Positions 10,691 through 19,589 of a stretch of 32,000 bases of DNA are shown here, piece by piece. The stretch spans positions 5,250,001-5,282,000 of the forward strand of contig NC_014148.1 of assembly GCF_000092105.1 (NCBI RefSeq), read 5' to 3'. The notes beneath the pieces are model-generated. The model searched no databases and was not told the origin of the DNA. It saw nothing but the letters and a program-made list of their open reading frames with translations. Position 1 is the stretch's first letter. Every line of letters begins with the position of its first letter. This DNA is from Planctopirus limnophila DSM 3776 (GTDB lineage: Bacteria > Planctomycetota > Planctomycetia > Planctomycetales > Planctomycetaceae). The position numbers and the translations under genes were made by a program.

Positions 10691-12163
10691 ATGGCGACGA
10701 AGTCGTGGCGAAGTTGGGCTCATGCTGGCTGGCGTCTGGGGTCTCTGCTCCTCGCTTCTTCCATGGCCGTCGAGGGTCTGGCGGAAGAATCACTGTTTTC
10801 TGACAGTTGGTTTCTGCGCGGGACTTCAACATCGCGCTCTGTCGACGTCGATTCACCGCTCAGTGGTGAGTCGTTTTCTCCATCGGTTATCGAAACTGAT
10901 GACTATCGCCTGGCTTCTTTTTCGAGTGCAGACAGCTTCTCGATCGATCCCGTCTCGGCAGCACTCAATGCCGACTCCTGGCGTGATCGCACCCAGCTGA
11001 CTGGCAACTGGGGTGGCTATCGCGATGCACTGGCCGAAAGCGGAGTGACCATCGAAGCTTCATCGACGAACATCTATCAAGGTGTCGCCTCTGGCGGAAA
11101 CAATAATGAATTTGCCTTCGGTGGACGCGGCGATCTCTTTCTGAAAGTGGATGGCGGGAAAGCGGGTCTGCAGGAAGGCTTGCTGATTACGTTGCACGGA
11201 GAAATGAACTACGGCGATTCGGTCAATCGCTCGACAGGAGCACTTCTGCCGATCAGCTTCCCACAAGTATTTCCCACGGGCGATGCTCCCTCTGTCGCAC
11301 TTTCCAATGTGAGTGTAACGCAGTTTCTTTCGGAATCGATGCTGGTCTATCTGGGAAAGATCAACACACTTGACGGCTTTATCCGGCCCTACCGTGGGAA
11401 TTCGCACGGGATCGACGGCTTTATGAACGGTGCATTTCTCTTTCCCACAGTGCTGGGCCGCGTGATTCCTTACTCCACTTATGGCGGTGGTGTGGTCTTT
11501 TTGAGGGAAATGCAGCCGATCCTGTCGATCAATGTGTTCGATACCAACAGCACTCCCACCACCAGTGGGTTTGATGAGTTCTTTAATAATGGCGCATCGC
11601 TGTATATCGAGGGGCGCATCCCGACCAGCTTTTTTGGCATGGAAGGACTGCACTCACTTTCGGGGGCTTACAGCAGTGGAACTTATCGAGCAACAGACCC
11701 CGGGCTCAACTACATCATCGAAAGAATTCGCGGCCTGAATGTCCCTGCACCACAGGAAACGGGTTCGTGGGCATTTGAGTATTCTTTCAGCCAGGCCTTG
11801 TGGGTAGATGCCACAGACTCCAAGCGAAGCTGGGGCCTGTTTGGCAGCCTGGGGATTGCCGACGGCAATCCGAATCCCATCCGCTGGGGATCGGATATCG
11901 GCATTGGTGGCTCCAGCCCCCTGGTTTCACGCCCGAATGACAAGTTCGGCGTGGGATATTACTACCTGGGTGTGAGCAGTGAACTGAGGCAGATTGGGCC
12001 CATTCGCACACCACTCCGCGATGAGCACGGTGTCGAACTCTTCTACAACTATCAGGTCACACCGACATTCCAGCTGACGCCAGATCTGCAGATCATTACG
12101 CCCGGAATTTCGACGTTCGACACCTCGGTGAACGTCGCCTTGCGGGCGAATCTGATCTTTTGA
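10691..12163 (+). CDS. Carbohydrate-selective porin, OprB family (outer-membrane beta-barrel)
   Basis: The signal-like N-terminus is MATKSWRSWAHAGWRLGSLLLASSMAVEGLA. The OprB hallmark LTGNWGGYRDALAESGVTIEASSTNIYQG is present. The C-terminus ELFYNYQVTPTFQLTPDLQIITPG...ALRANLIF ends in a terminal Phe. A GGAGG sits 8 nt upstream of the ATG at 10691, which is preferred over 10595. Confidence 0.8.
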   Translation: MATKSWRSWAHAGWRLGSLLLASSMAVEGLAEESLFSDSWFLRGTSTSRSVDVDSPLSGESFSPSVIETDDYRLASFSSADSFSIDPVSAALNADSWRDRTQLTGNWGGYRDALAESGVTIEASSTNIYQGVASGGNNNEFAFGGRGDLFLKVDGGKAGLQEGLLITLHGEMNYGDSVNRSTGALLPISFPQVFPTGDAPSVALSNVSVTQFLSESMLVYLGKINTLDGFIRPYRGNSHGIDGFMNGAFLFPTVLGRVIPYSTYGGGVVFLREMQPILSINVFDTNSTPTTSGFDEFFNNGASLYIEGRIPTSFFGMEGLHSLSGAYSSGTYRATDPGLNYIIERIRGLNVPAPQETGSWAFEYSFSQALWVDATDSKRSWGLFGSLGIADGNPNPIRWGSDIGIGGSSPLVSRPNDKFGVGYYYLGVSSELRQIGPIRTPLRDEHGVELFYNYQVTPTFQLTPDLQIITPGISTFDTSVNVALRANLIF

Positions 12164-12196
12164 TCGAACGGCGCAACCCGATTCGAAGAGTTGAGT

Positions 12197-13522
12197 TTAC
12201 GCCTTGCGGATCTTTTCGCGTCCTTCGACGACGTTCTTCGTGGCGTTACGGGTATCGAGCACGAACTTCGAGTGCTTGACGATGTACTGATAGTCGTAGG
12301 CCGAGTGATCGGTCGAGATGAGCACACAGTCTTGTGAAGCCAGGAATTCGGGAGTGAGTTCCTGACTTTCCATGTGAGGCAGGTCGGGGTAGTGCCGCAT
12401 TTTCGGGAGCACCGGGACGTGGGGGTCGTTGTAGCTGAGATCGGCCTTGCGCGAGATGAGAATCTTCATGAGTTCGAAGGAAGGGCTTTCGCGGGGATCA
12501 TCCACGTCCTTCTTGTACGCAGCGCCCAGAATGCAGATTTTGCTGCCCTTGATCGGCTTACCGGCGTCGTTGAGGAACTCGGCCAATCGAGTAATGACAT
12601 ACGACGGCATGTGCACGTTGATCTCGCCAGCCAGCTCGATAAAGCGCGTCTGTTCGCCATGCTTGCGAGCGAGCCAGGTGAGATAGAACGGATCGATGGG
12701 AATGCAGTGACCACCTAAGCCGGGGCCAGGATAGAAGGCCTGGAAGCCGAAGGGCTTGGTCTTGGCAGCGTCGATGACTTCCCAGACATCAATGCCCATT
12801 TTGTCGTAGAGCATCTTGAGTTCATTGACGAGGGCAATGTTCACGGCACGATAAGTGTTTTCGAGAATCTTGCAGGCTTCGGCGATTTCCATGCTGGAAA
12901 CCGGTACCACGCGTACCACAGCCTTGCTGTACATCGTGCAGGCCAGTTCGGTACTGACGGGATCGTAGCCACCCACGACTTTGGGAATCCCTTCGGCACT
13001 GAAGGTCGGGTTGCCCGGGTCTTCGCGTTCAGGACTGAATGCCAGGAAGAAATCGGAACCCGCTTTGAGTCCGGTCGCTTCGAGAACTGGAAGCACATTG
13101 ACCCGCGTGGTGGTGGGATGTGTGGTACTTTCGAGAACGACGAGTTGACCAGGGCGTAGAGCCTTGGCAATCGAATGGGCTGTCCCTTCGATATAACTCA
13201 GGTCAGGATCGCGGCTCTCGTTCAGTGGTGTGGGGACACAGATAATGACGCAGTCTGCTTCACGCAGGCGGCTCATATCGCTGGTGGGTTCAAATTTCTT
13301 TTCGGTAATGAGTGCTTTGATCAGGCTGGGATCAATATGCTTGATGTAGCTCTGGCCGGCATTGAGCTTATCGACTTTGGATTGATCCACGTCGAAGCCC
13401 ATACACCGGAAACCAGCAGATGTAAAAGCACGGATCAATGGCAAACCGACATAACCCAAACCAATGACGCCAATGACCGCTGTTTGATTGCCCAGTTTCT
13501 CGGCGAGCTGTTGACCAGACAT
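12197..13522 (-). CDS. Nucleotide-sugar dehydrogenase, UDP-glucose/GDP-mannose dehydrogenase family (WbpA/TviB/WecC-like UDP-N-acetyl-hexosamine dehydrogenase)
   Basis: The N-terminal Rossmann block is VIGVIGLGYVGLPLIRAF. The catalytic block is GPGLGGHCIPIDPFYL. The C-terminal UDP-binding block is KICILGAAYKKDVDDPRESP. Confidence 0.9.
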   Translation of the reverse strand: MSGQQLAEKLGNQTAVIGVIGLGYVGLPLIRAFTSAGFRCMGFDVDQSKVDKLNAGQSYIKHIDPSLIKALITEKKFEPTSDMSRLREADCVIICVPTPLNESRDPDLSYIEGTAHSIAKALRPGQLVVLESTTHPTTTRVNVLPVLEATGLKAGSDFFLAFSPEREDPGNPTFSAEGIPKVVGGYDPVSTELACTMYSKAVVRVVPVSSMEIAEACKILENTYRAVNIALVNELKMLYDKMGIDVWEVIDAAKTKPFGFQAFYPGPGLGGHCIPIDPFYLTWLARKHGEQTRFIELAGEINVHMPSYVITRLAEFLNDAGKPIKGSKICILGAAYKKDVDDPRESPSFELMKILISRKADLSYNDPHVPVLPKMRHYPDLPHMESQELTPEFLASQDCVLISTDHSAYDYQYIVKHSKFVLDTRNATKNVVEGREKIRKA

Positions 13523-13693
13523 AACTGTCTTTCGAATAAAAAAGACTCACGGCAGATAAGTGATGCAAATACAATCTGTCTCTGCGAAGAACATAGCTCG
13601 CATTTTTCAGATTGAGCAAGATGGAGTTGATCTGCCGGGGCAAGAGAGCATCAGTTTGTTGGCAAAACCGGGGCTTTGACAAAAGATGGCAAA

Positions 13694-16207
13694 ATGCAGG
13701 ATCGTTTTTCGAAAAAACGACATGATTCCCAGGAACTGTCAGAGCTGACTGGCAAAACTCAATCTATGCATGATTCTCGACAATATATGAACGCAAGATC
13801 ACATAATAACGACCGTGGCTGGTGGCAGAGCCGCTGTGGTTGTCAGCAACTCTGCTATCTCTTCGTGATTCCTCTTTGGCTGTTCACATCAGGTGACGGG
13901 CCGCAGATTGCGATTTCTCAGGAACCTCCCGGACTGCGGGAAGCGTGGACGTTCAATCTCTCGGAGCCTGCTTTGCGGCAGCTCGATGCCGTTCGGGAGA
14001 ACATGGAGGCTGGCCAATGGTCAGAGGCTGTCGAGATGGTCGAGTCAGTGCTGGAGTCGTCCGCTCATGAACTGGTGGCACTCAATCAACTGGCTTGGAT
14101 TGGCGAAGCTCAGACCGCTGCATGGGCTGGTCAGAATAACCTTGAGAAAGTCATTTCAGGGCCGCACCTTTCCAGAAGGAGTTCTTCCGGTCAGCGAGTG
14201 TTGAACGTCGAGCTCACTGTTCGGCAGATACTCTCCGGATGGCCCGAAGAAGGTCGCAAAGTTTATCGCGAGAAGTTTGATCCCAAAGCCCGCCGCTGGT
14301 GGGGCGAATATCAATCGACTGGTGACGTGACGTTTCTGGAACGGATCGTGCAACGGGCGTGGCTGGCGAGCGATGGAGATCTCGCCGTCAATGAACTGGC
14401 GCACCACGCATTTCGGCAGCGGGAATACATCACGGCAAGGCTTCTGTGGCAATCGCTTCTCCAGCCTGAGTTGCGGATGAAGCTCAGGGGTTTCTCAATG
14501 GTTCAAGTCCAACCAGAGGCGACTTACCCGGATAGCGACTTGCCTGCAGCCGATGTCGTGGCCCGTATTGTGCTGTGCCGACTCTTCAGTGGTGATGAAC
14601 CAGGGACGGCTGCCGGGATCGAGTTGCTGGCGAAAGAATTCCCTGAAGCCAAGGGAAAGCTGGGAGACCAGGAAGGGAAATGGTTTGAGTTGATTGATCA
14701 GGTTCGGGCTGCACTGATTGAGCGAGGTATCAGGCAGATTGATCCAGGTGTCAGGCAGAACACACAGAAAAATTCTTCTGCAGCGAATCTCGCACATGAT
14801 GCCCGGAAAACAGCGATTGCCGAATCTCCGGTGACTTTTTCCAGTCGCGGGTGGGCGAAACAAATCGAGGATCTGACACTTCCTCGCACCTGGGGAGGAA
14901 TCCCGTCGAGAACAGGGAACATCGGGCCGGCTTTTGATCTGGGGGCACCTGTCTGGTCAGCAGACATTCCGCAGGAAAAGCTCTCGCTGTATAAGCCGAC
15001 AGAGCAGCGGTTACTGGCGGATGTACCAGCCTCTTATCCACTGATCTGGAACAATCTGGTGCTGCTCCCAACCGCCAATCAGATCATGGCGTGGGATGTT
15101 ATCAGCGGTCGTCCCGCGTGGAAAACCGCTCTCGATGCAAACGCTTCGATCTATCCCCCCAATGGTGGTGAATCTTTGGTTCCTCCCATTCTTCCATCGC
15201 GCGGAAGACCCGCTTATTCGCTGACAGTAGCTGATGAGCGTCTATATGCCCGGCTGGGCTGGCCAGTGACCCTGAAAGCAGAGAATGAAACGCGAGATGT
15301 GGGTGGCCAGTTAATCTGCCTCGACGTAGGGAAAGAGCAGGGCAAGCTGCATTGGAGCGTCTTGCCTGCCGACCTCTTTGAAGAGGATGAAAGCTGGGAG
15401 TTCGCCGGGACACCGGTGGTTCGTAACGGTGCGGTCTACACCATTTTGACTCGTTCGCGAGCGGTCATCGAATGGGCTCTGATGTGCCAGGATGCGGAGA
15501 CTGGAAATCTCCGCTGGCTGACCAGACTGGGTTATAGTCGCACCACACAACTGCCGAATGTCAATCAACTGGGGTTGGCTCTGGCGACTGTTCAAGAGGG
15601 GTTCGTGATTGTTTCGGTTGAGCCGGGAGGAGTGATTTGTATTGATGGAAAAACAGGTCGATCCCTCTGGGGTAACGCGTCGAAAGTCGTTCCCGGGGAA
15701 GACCCGCGCTGGCCATATGTCGTGTTGCCCTGCCTGGTTGAACACGACGTGGTAATAGCAGCTCCAGCCGGTGCGGATGAGTTACTGGCATTGGATCTGG
15801 CCACGGGGGCCATGTTGTGGTCGCGGCCGCAGCCGGAAAAACTTTCCCAATGGCTGGGTATTCGCGAGGGGAGCCTGTTTGCCGGTGGGAAATCACTCTG
15901 GGCGCTGGAACTGAACAGTGGAAAGACCGAATGGCAGTTTGAACAAAGTGATCCTGAGTGGATGAGTTTTGGACAGGGTTTATTTGCTGGTGAGTCGATT
16001 TTGTGGCCTGCGCGCGAAGCTCTGTTTGAAATCGATCCAGAGAGTGGGACACCCACCAGAATTCACCACTGGCAGATCAGTGGCAGCGAATGCGCTGGAG
16101 GGCATCTGGCACTGGTCAATGGCCGGCTGGTCGTTTCTCAGCGAGATCGAATCGTGGTCTATGGGGAAGAAGCAGGCGTTGTCAGGCCGGCACTGGGTCA
16201 GCGATAA
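13694..16207 (+). CDS. Large PQQ-like (BamB-type) beta-propeller repeat protein with an N-terminal helical region
   Basis: It has repeated 'xxD..tG...W' propeller signatures: IMAWDVISGRPAWKT, MCQDAETGNLRWLT, ICIDGKTGRSLWG, LALDLATGAMLWSRP and LWALELNSGKTEWQF. A hydrophobic N-terminal segment (LCYLFVIPLWLF) is present. The ATG at 13694 is preferred over the TTG at 13676; the start is uncertain. Confidence 0.7.
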   Translation: MQDRFSKKRHDSQELSELTGKTQSMHDSRQYMNARSHNNDRGWWQSRCGCQQLCYLFVIPLWLFTSGDGPQIAISQEPPGLREAWTFNLSEPALRQLDAVRENMEAGQWSEAVEMVESVLESSAHELVALNQLAWIGEAQTAAWAGQNNLEKVISGPHLSRRSSSGQRVLNVELTVRQILSGWPEEGRKVYREKFDPKARRWWGEYQSTGDVTFLERIVQRAWLASDGDLAVNELAHHAFRQREYITARLLWQSLLQPELRMKLRGFSMVQVQPEATYPDSDLPAADVVARIVLCRLFSGDEPGTAAGIELLAKEFPEAKGKLGDQEGKWFELIDQVRAALIERGIRQIDPGVRQNTQKNSSAANLAHDARKTAIAESPVTFSSRGWAKQIEDLTLPRTWGGIPSRTGNIGPAFDLGAPVWSADIPQEKLSLYKPTEQRLLADVPASYPLIWNNLVLLPTANQIMAWDVISGRPAWKTALDANASIYPPNGGESLVPPILPSRGRPAYSLTVADERLYARLGWPVTLKAENETRDVGGQLICLDVGKEQGKLHWSVLPADLFEEDESWEFAGTPVVRNGAVYTILTRSRAVIEWALMCQDAETGNLRWLTRLGYSRTTQLPNVNQLGLALATVQEGFVIVSVEPGGVICIDGKTGRSLWGNASKVVPGEDPRWPYVVLPCLVEHDVVIAAPAGADELLALDLATGAMLWSRPQPEKLSQWLGIREGSLFAGGKSLWALELNSGKTEWQFEQSDPEWMSFGQGLFAGESILWPAREALFEIDPESGTPTRIHHWQISGSECAGGHLALVNGRLVVSQRDRIVVYGEEAGVVRPALGQR

Positions 16208-16301
16208 ACTGGGACAACGTTAACAGGTGATTCTTGATTTTGGGGTGATCAGGCCAAAGTGCAGTGTCACCTGCTCTGTCTGTCACTTGCTAGGGGCGAG
16301 C

Positions 16302-16340
16302 CAACGAAAACACCAGCAGAGGAAAGCCGCTGCTGGTGTG
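16302..16340 (-). terminator. Rho-independent terminator for the Zn-peptidase gene
   Basis: A perfect 10-bp stem pairs 16310-16319 (ACACCAGCAG) with 16330-16339 (CTGCTGGTGT). On the minus strand it is followed by TTTTCGTT. It lies 30 nt after the TAG stop at 16370-16372. Confidence 0.7.
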
Positions 16341-16369
16341 GCTGAAATGTTCAAAGTATGTCGGCGTGA

Positions 16370-17080
16370 CTATTCGTCGTTGGATCTCAAGAAACCACTG
16401 AAGCGGAAGATGTAGTAGGCCAGTGTCAGCACCGATTGCAGCGTCGCTGCCACATAAGTGAGAGCCGCAGCATCGAGAACCTGCCTCACGACAACGGCCC
16501 CCTGTTGATCGACCACACCCATCTGATTCAGGTACTGCTTGGCACGGTTGGAGGCATCGAATTCAACGGGCAGGTTGACCAGTTGGAAGAAGACAATGCC
16601 ACCAAAGGCCGCAATCCCGCCGATGATCATCAGTTTGCCCAAAGGCGATCCTTGAGCAGCAAACAAAGCTCCCAGCATCAGCAGTCCAAACGACAACATG
16701 GGGCCTACGGTCGCTGCCGGCACTGCTGCATTGCGAATGACCAGCGGAGCGTAGTGGCGAGCATGTTGAATGGCGTGCCCGACTTCGTGGGCAGCAATTC
16801 CGACAGCGGCCAGTGTTCTGGAGCGGTACACATCGGTGCTTAACCTCACGACCCTCGTGGAGGGGTCGTAGTGATCGGAAAGCTCGCCGGGTGTTTCTTC
16901 GATGACGACATCTGAAAGACCGGCGTCATCGAGCATCTGCCGGGCAGCTGTCGCGCCAGAAATCGTGGAAGGTTCCTGCATACCGGCGGCATAGGCCGCC
17001 TTTACGCGGTACTGAGCCCACATCGACAACAGAAACGCAGGGATCACAAACACAAAATAAACCGGATCGAAACCCAGCAT
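16370..17080 (-). CDS. Membrane zinc metallopeptidase, YugP-like (Zn_peptidase_2 family)
   Basis: It begins MLGFDPVYFVFVIPAFLLSMWAQYRVKAAY and contains SDHYDP. The HExxH site is AAHEVGHAIQH. The start is set at the ATG at 17080, which has AAGGAGAG 8 nt upstream. The 109-codon upstream extension in the ORF track has no family counterpart. Confidence 0.85.
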   Translation of the reverse strand: MLGFDPVYFVFVIPAFLLSMWAQYRVKAAYAAGMQEPSTISGATAARQMLDDAGLSDVVIEETPGELSDHYDPSTRVVRLSTDVYRSRTLAAVGIAAHEVGHAIQHARHYAPLVIRNAAVPAATVGPMLSFGLLMLGALFAAQGSPLGKLMIIGGIAAFGGIVFFQLVNLPVEFDASNRAKQYLNQMGVVDQQGAVVVRQVLDAAALTYVAATLQSVLTLAYYIFRFSGFLRSNDE

Positions 17081-17149
17081 GTTCTTACTCTCCTTTTCCT
17101 TTCCAGCAAGGTCCACAGGGCCTTGGTCTGCCCGATTCCCGACCAGTTC

Positions 17150-17168
17150 GACTGCAAAAATTGCAGTC
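17150..17168. promoter_or_regulatory. Perfect 19-nt palindrome GACTGCAAAAATTGCAGTC with a third half-site downstream
   Basis: An 8-bp arm, a 3-nt spacer and an 8-bp arm were read directly. A further GACTGCAA copy at 17189-17196 can pair with the middle arm (17161-17168) instead. The element lies 70 nt upstream of the Zn-peptidase start. Confidence 0.3.
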
Positions 17169-17326
17169 ACCATGGTCTTTGAACCCATGACTGCAAATTT
17201 CGCGCTCATTTGAAAAATACGTGATCTGGCGAGGAAAAGATCAAAAGACCGACCGGAAATGTCTTGGTTTTTGCAGAAGTCCAGATCAGTTCTCGATTTT
17301 TGCCGCACGCACCAACTGTTGTTGAT

Positions 17327-17362
17327 ACTTCCATTTTCCGAGTGAGACGCTGGAAGTTTTTT
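17327..17362 (+). terminator. Terminator-like hairpin plus T6 tract inside the long intergenic region upstream of panD
   Basis: ACTTCCA (17327-17333) pairs with TGGAAGT (17351-17357) and is followed by TTTTT. The stem is only 7 bp and the loop is 17 nt, so it is weak. No plus-strand gene lies upstream of it. Confidence 0.3.
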
Positions 17363-17515
17363 GCCTGCCTCCCTTTTCGATGGGGAGTCCACTCGCGAGA
17401 ATGGCATTTGAGATGCTGGTGGACTGTCGATAAACGTTCTCGATTCGAAGCCACTCGGTCGGACGACTCAACTTTTGCGTGCCTGGTTCCTGGCGAGCCA
17501 TTGGGGCTGAGATTG

Positions 17516-17878
17516 ATGCAACGCACATTCCTGAAATCGAAGATTCACCGGGCGACGATTACCGAAGCTCTTCTGCACTATGAGGGAAGCATTACGGTGG
17601 ATCGAGTTCTGCTCGAACTGGCCGATATCCTCGTGCACGAGCAGGTTCACATTTACAATATTACTAACGGTGAGCGATTCATTACTTACGCGATTGAAGG
17701 CCCGCCCAATTCGGGAGTGATCTGCGTCAATGGAGCAGGTGCCCGGCTGGTACAGCCCGGGGATCTGATTATCATCTGCTCATACGTCCAGATGGAAACA
17801 GCCGCCGGTCAGGAATTGAAGCCCAAGGTGATTCTCGTTGACCGCGAGAACCGTGCTCTCACTCAGCCACAGGATTGA
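17516..17878 (+). CDS. panD: Aspartate 1-decarboxylase (pyruvoyl-dependent)
   Basis: It begins MQRTFLKSKIHRATITEALLHYEGSITVD, with the Gly-Ser self-cleavage site. The blocks NGERFITYAI and ICVNGAGARLVQPGDLIIICSY follow. The start at 17516 gives the canonical 120-aa size. Confidence 0.92.
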   Translation: MQRTFLKSKIHRATITEALLHYEGSITVDRVLLELADILVHEQVHIYNITNGERFITYAIEGPPNSGVICVNGAGARLVQPGDLIIICSYVQMETAAGQELKPKVILVDRENRALTQPQD

Positions 17879-17953
17879 TGGATTCGCTGGCTTATCTTTT
17901 TGAATCTCCTCGGGAGTTTGATGGTCTCTGCCTGATTTTCTGAGTCAGGGGAG

Positions 17954-17989
17954 GATCTTGATCTGGTACGCTGCATGCAGATCAAGATC
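17954..17989. promoter_or_regulatory. Perfect 12-bp inverted repeat between panD and the PmoA-like gene
   Basis: GATCTTGATCTG (17954-17965) pairs with CAGATCAAGATC (17978-17989) across a 12-nt spacer. There is no U-tract on either strand. It ends 29 nt upstream of the ATG at 18018. Confidence 0.4.
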
Positions 17990-18017
17990 ACCATTGAGAT
18001 GACTGCATGAGGCTGCC

Positions 18018-18998
18018 ATGTCGAAACTCTTTCCGCGTTGTCAGGCCATTCCCGTCAGTGGGTACGAAGTCAAGTTTGTCGTGGATGGCTGGCATCGATT
18101 GTCGTGGCATTACGGGACGGATTACCCCAGGCCCTATCTGGATCCGCTGATTGGCCCTTCAGGCCTGAGCCTCACACGCATGGGGCATCCGGGAGCACCT
18201 GATCACGATCATCATCAGTCGATCTGGTTCTCACATATGAATGTGACTGGCCTCGACTTCTGGCTGAATGGCAAAGGTCCGTTTGTTCGCCAGAGAGAAT
18301 GGCTGGCTTATATCGACAGTGATGACGAAGCGATCATGGCTGTACGACTCGACTGGTTCGATGGCCACAACCCGGCTCCTTTGCTCGAGCAGGAACTGAT
18401 TGTCTCCGTGCGTCCGCATGACGCTGCGGAAAGTGAAGATCCGAATCAATTGCCAGTGGGGGAAACTCTGGTTGAAGTGGAAACAAAACTCACGCCTGTC
18501 TCCGAGCAGCTTGAACTGGGAAAAACCAACTTCGGCCTGATGGCGGTGCGGGTGGCGAAAAGCATTTCCGCGGTGTTTGGCGGTGGCCGACTGAGCAGCA
18601 GCGAAGGTCTTGAAAACGAAAAAAACATCTTCGGGAAGAAAGCCCGCTGGATGGATTATTCCGGGCCGATCATGCCTGCTCCTGATGCCACACAGCCCGA
18701 TCTGGAAGAAGGGATTACGTTTTTCGATCACCCTTCCAATCCCGATCATCCAACGCATTGGCATGTGCGTAATGATGGCTGGATGGGTGCCTCGCTCTGC
18801 TTCGCTGGCCCGCGCCTCATTACCCAGGCTCAGCCACTCAAGCTCCGCTATCTGCTGCACGCTCACACGGGAAATCATCAGCCTGAGAAAGCTGCGAAAG
18901 TGTTTGAAACATTCTCCCGCTCTCCTGGCTTTGTGATCGAAAAAGGGAAAGTCCCACATTACCGCTGGTGGGTACGTCGTGCCGATGCGGTGACATGA
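18018..18998 (+). CDS. PmoA-family (DUF6807) protein
   Basis: The pattern is YPRPYLDPLIGPSGLSLTR, DHDHHQSIWFSHMNVTGLDFW, FGLMAVRVAKS, KARWMDYSGP and FFDHPSNPDHPTHWHVRNDGWMGASL. It matches my recollection of this planctomycete/verrucomicrobial family. Confidence 0.65.
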   Translation: MSKLFPRCQAIPVSGYEVKFVVDGWHRLSWHYGTDYPRPYLDPLIGPSGLSLTRMGHPGAPDHDHHQSIWFSHMNVTGLDFWLNGKGPFVRQREWLAYIDSDDEAIMAVRLDWFDGHNPAPLLEQELIVSVRPHDAAESEDPNQLPVGETLVEVETKLTPVSEQLELGKTNFGLMAVRVAKSISAVFGGGRLSSSEGLENEKNIFGKKARWMDYSGPIMPAPDATQPDLEEGITFFDHPSNPDHPTHWHVRNDGWMGASLCFAGPRLITQAQPLKLRYLLHAHTGNHQPEKAAKVFETFSRSPGFVIEKGKVPHYRWWVRRADAVT

Positions 18999-19072
18999 TC
19001 ACTCTATGGCAGCTCACGGTCTGCGACTCGAACAATCAAACTTTTGCTCCTTCACCCATACAGAGACTGATC

Positions 19073-19570
19073 ATGCATCGAGAACCAACACGCAAACATG
19101 TCTGGGAAGGCCGCACCATCAGTGTCGTCGGCGATGTCTACCGCTTCCTGGTCACTGCACAGGAGACGGGCGGAACTTACACCCAGTTTGAAGCCACTGT
19201 TCCACCTGGGGGAGGACCGCCACTGCATATTCATAGTCGTGAGGAGGAAGGCTTTTTCGTGATTGAAGGGGAAGTGACGTTCCAGATCAATGACGAGACG
19301 ATTGTTGCAGGGCCGGGGATGTTTGCGAATGTTCCACGCGGCGTGAAGCATTGCTTCCGCAATGAAAGTGATGCACCCGCCCGCCTGCTGATCACTCTGG
19401 CGCCGGCAGGACTTGAAGAGATGTTCTTTGCCGTCGGGCATCCCTTGGAAGAAGGTTCGACAATTCCCGTGCCGGCAACTTTGGAGGATATTCAGAAGTT
19501 GATCGAAATTGCCCCCAGCTACGGCATCGAAATCCTTCATCCAGATGGTCATGCCTCCGGGGCAGAATAA
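19073..19570 (+). CDS. Cupin-domain protein
   Basis: The cupin motifs are GGGPPLHIHSREEEGFFVIEGEVTF and GPGMFANVPRGVKHCFRN. The start is set at MHREPTRK (19073). The upstream extension overlaps the previous gene. Confidence 0.8.
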   Translation: MHREPTRKHVWEGRTISVVGDVYRFLVTAQETGGTYTQFEATVPPGGGPPLHIHSREEEGFFVIEGEVTFQINDETIVAGPGMFANVPRGVKHCFRNESDAPARLLITLAPAGLEEMFFAVGHPLEEGSTIPVPATLEDIQKLIEIAPSYGIEILHPDGHASGAE

Positions 19571-19589
19571 TCCTTCGATAGATCGTCGT

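Noticed and set aside
17228-17260. GAGGAAAAGATC...CCGG, reminiscent of the RNase P RNA GAGGAAAGTCCGG box
   Set aside because: The string diverges after six bases, and none of the other conserved RNase P helices is evident in the surrounding 400 nt.
17081-17407. N-terminal ORF extensions listed in the track: peptidase to 17407, panD from 17264, cupin from 18968, uvrC to 28463, porin from 10595, sigma to 10337
   Set aside because: Family-typical N-termini begin at internal ATGs, some with an SD-like sequence upstream (AAGGAGAG for the peptidase, GGAGG for the porin). The extensions have no homologous counterpart, and several would overlap neighbouring genes.
18231-18959. Antisense shadow ORFs. 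This one is 242 aa; similar ones lie at 19052-19648, 25886-26545, 24133-24642 and 21446-22006.
   Set aside because: All lie opposite well-supported genes, and their translations lack any family signature.
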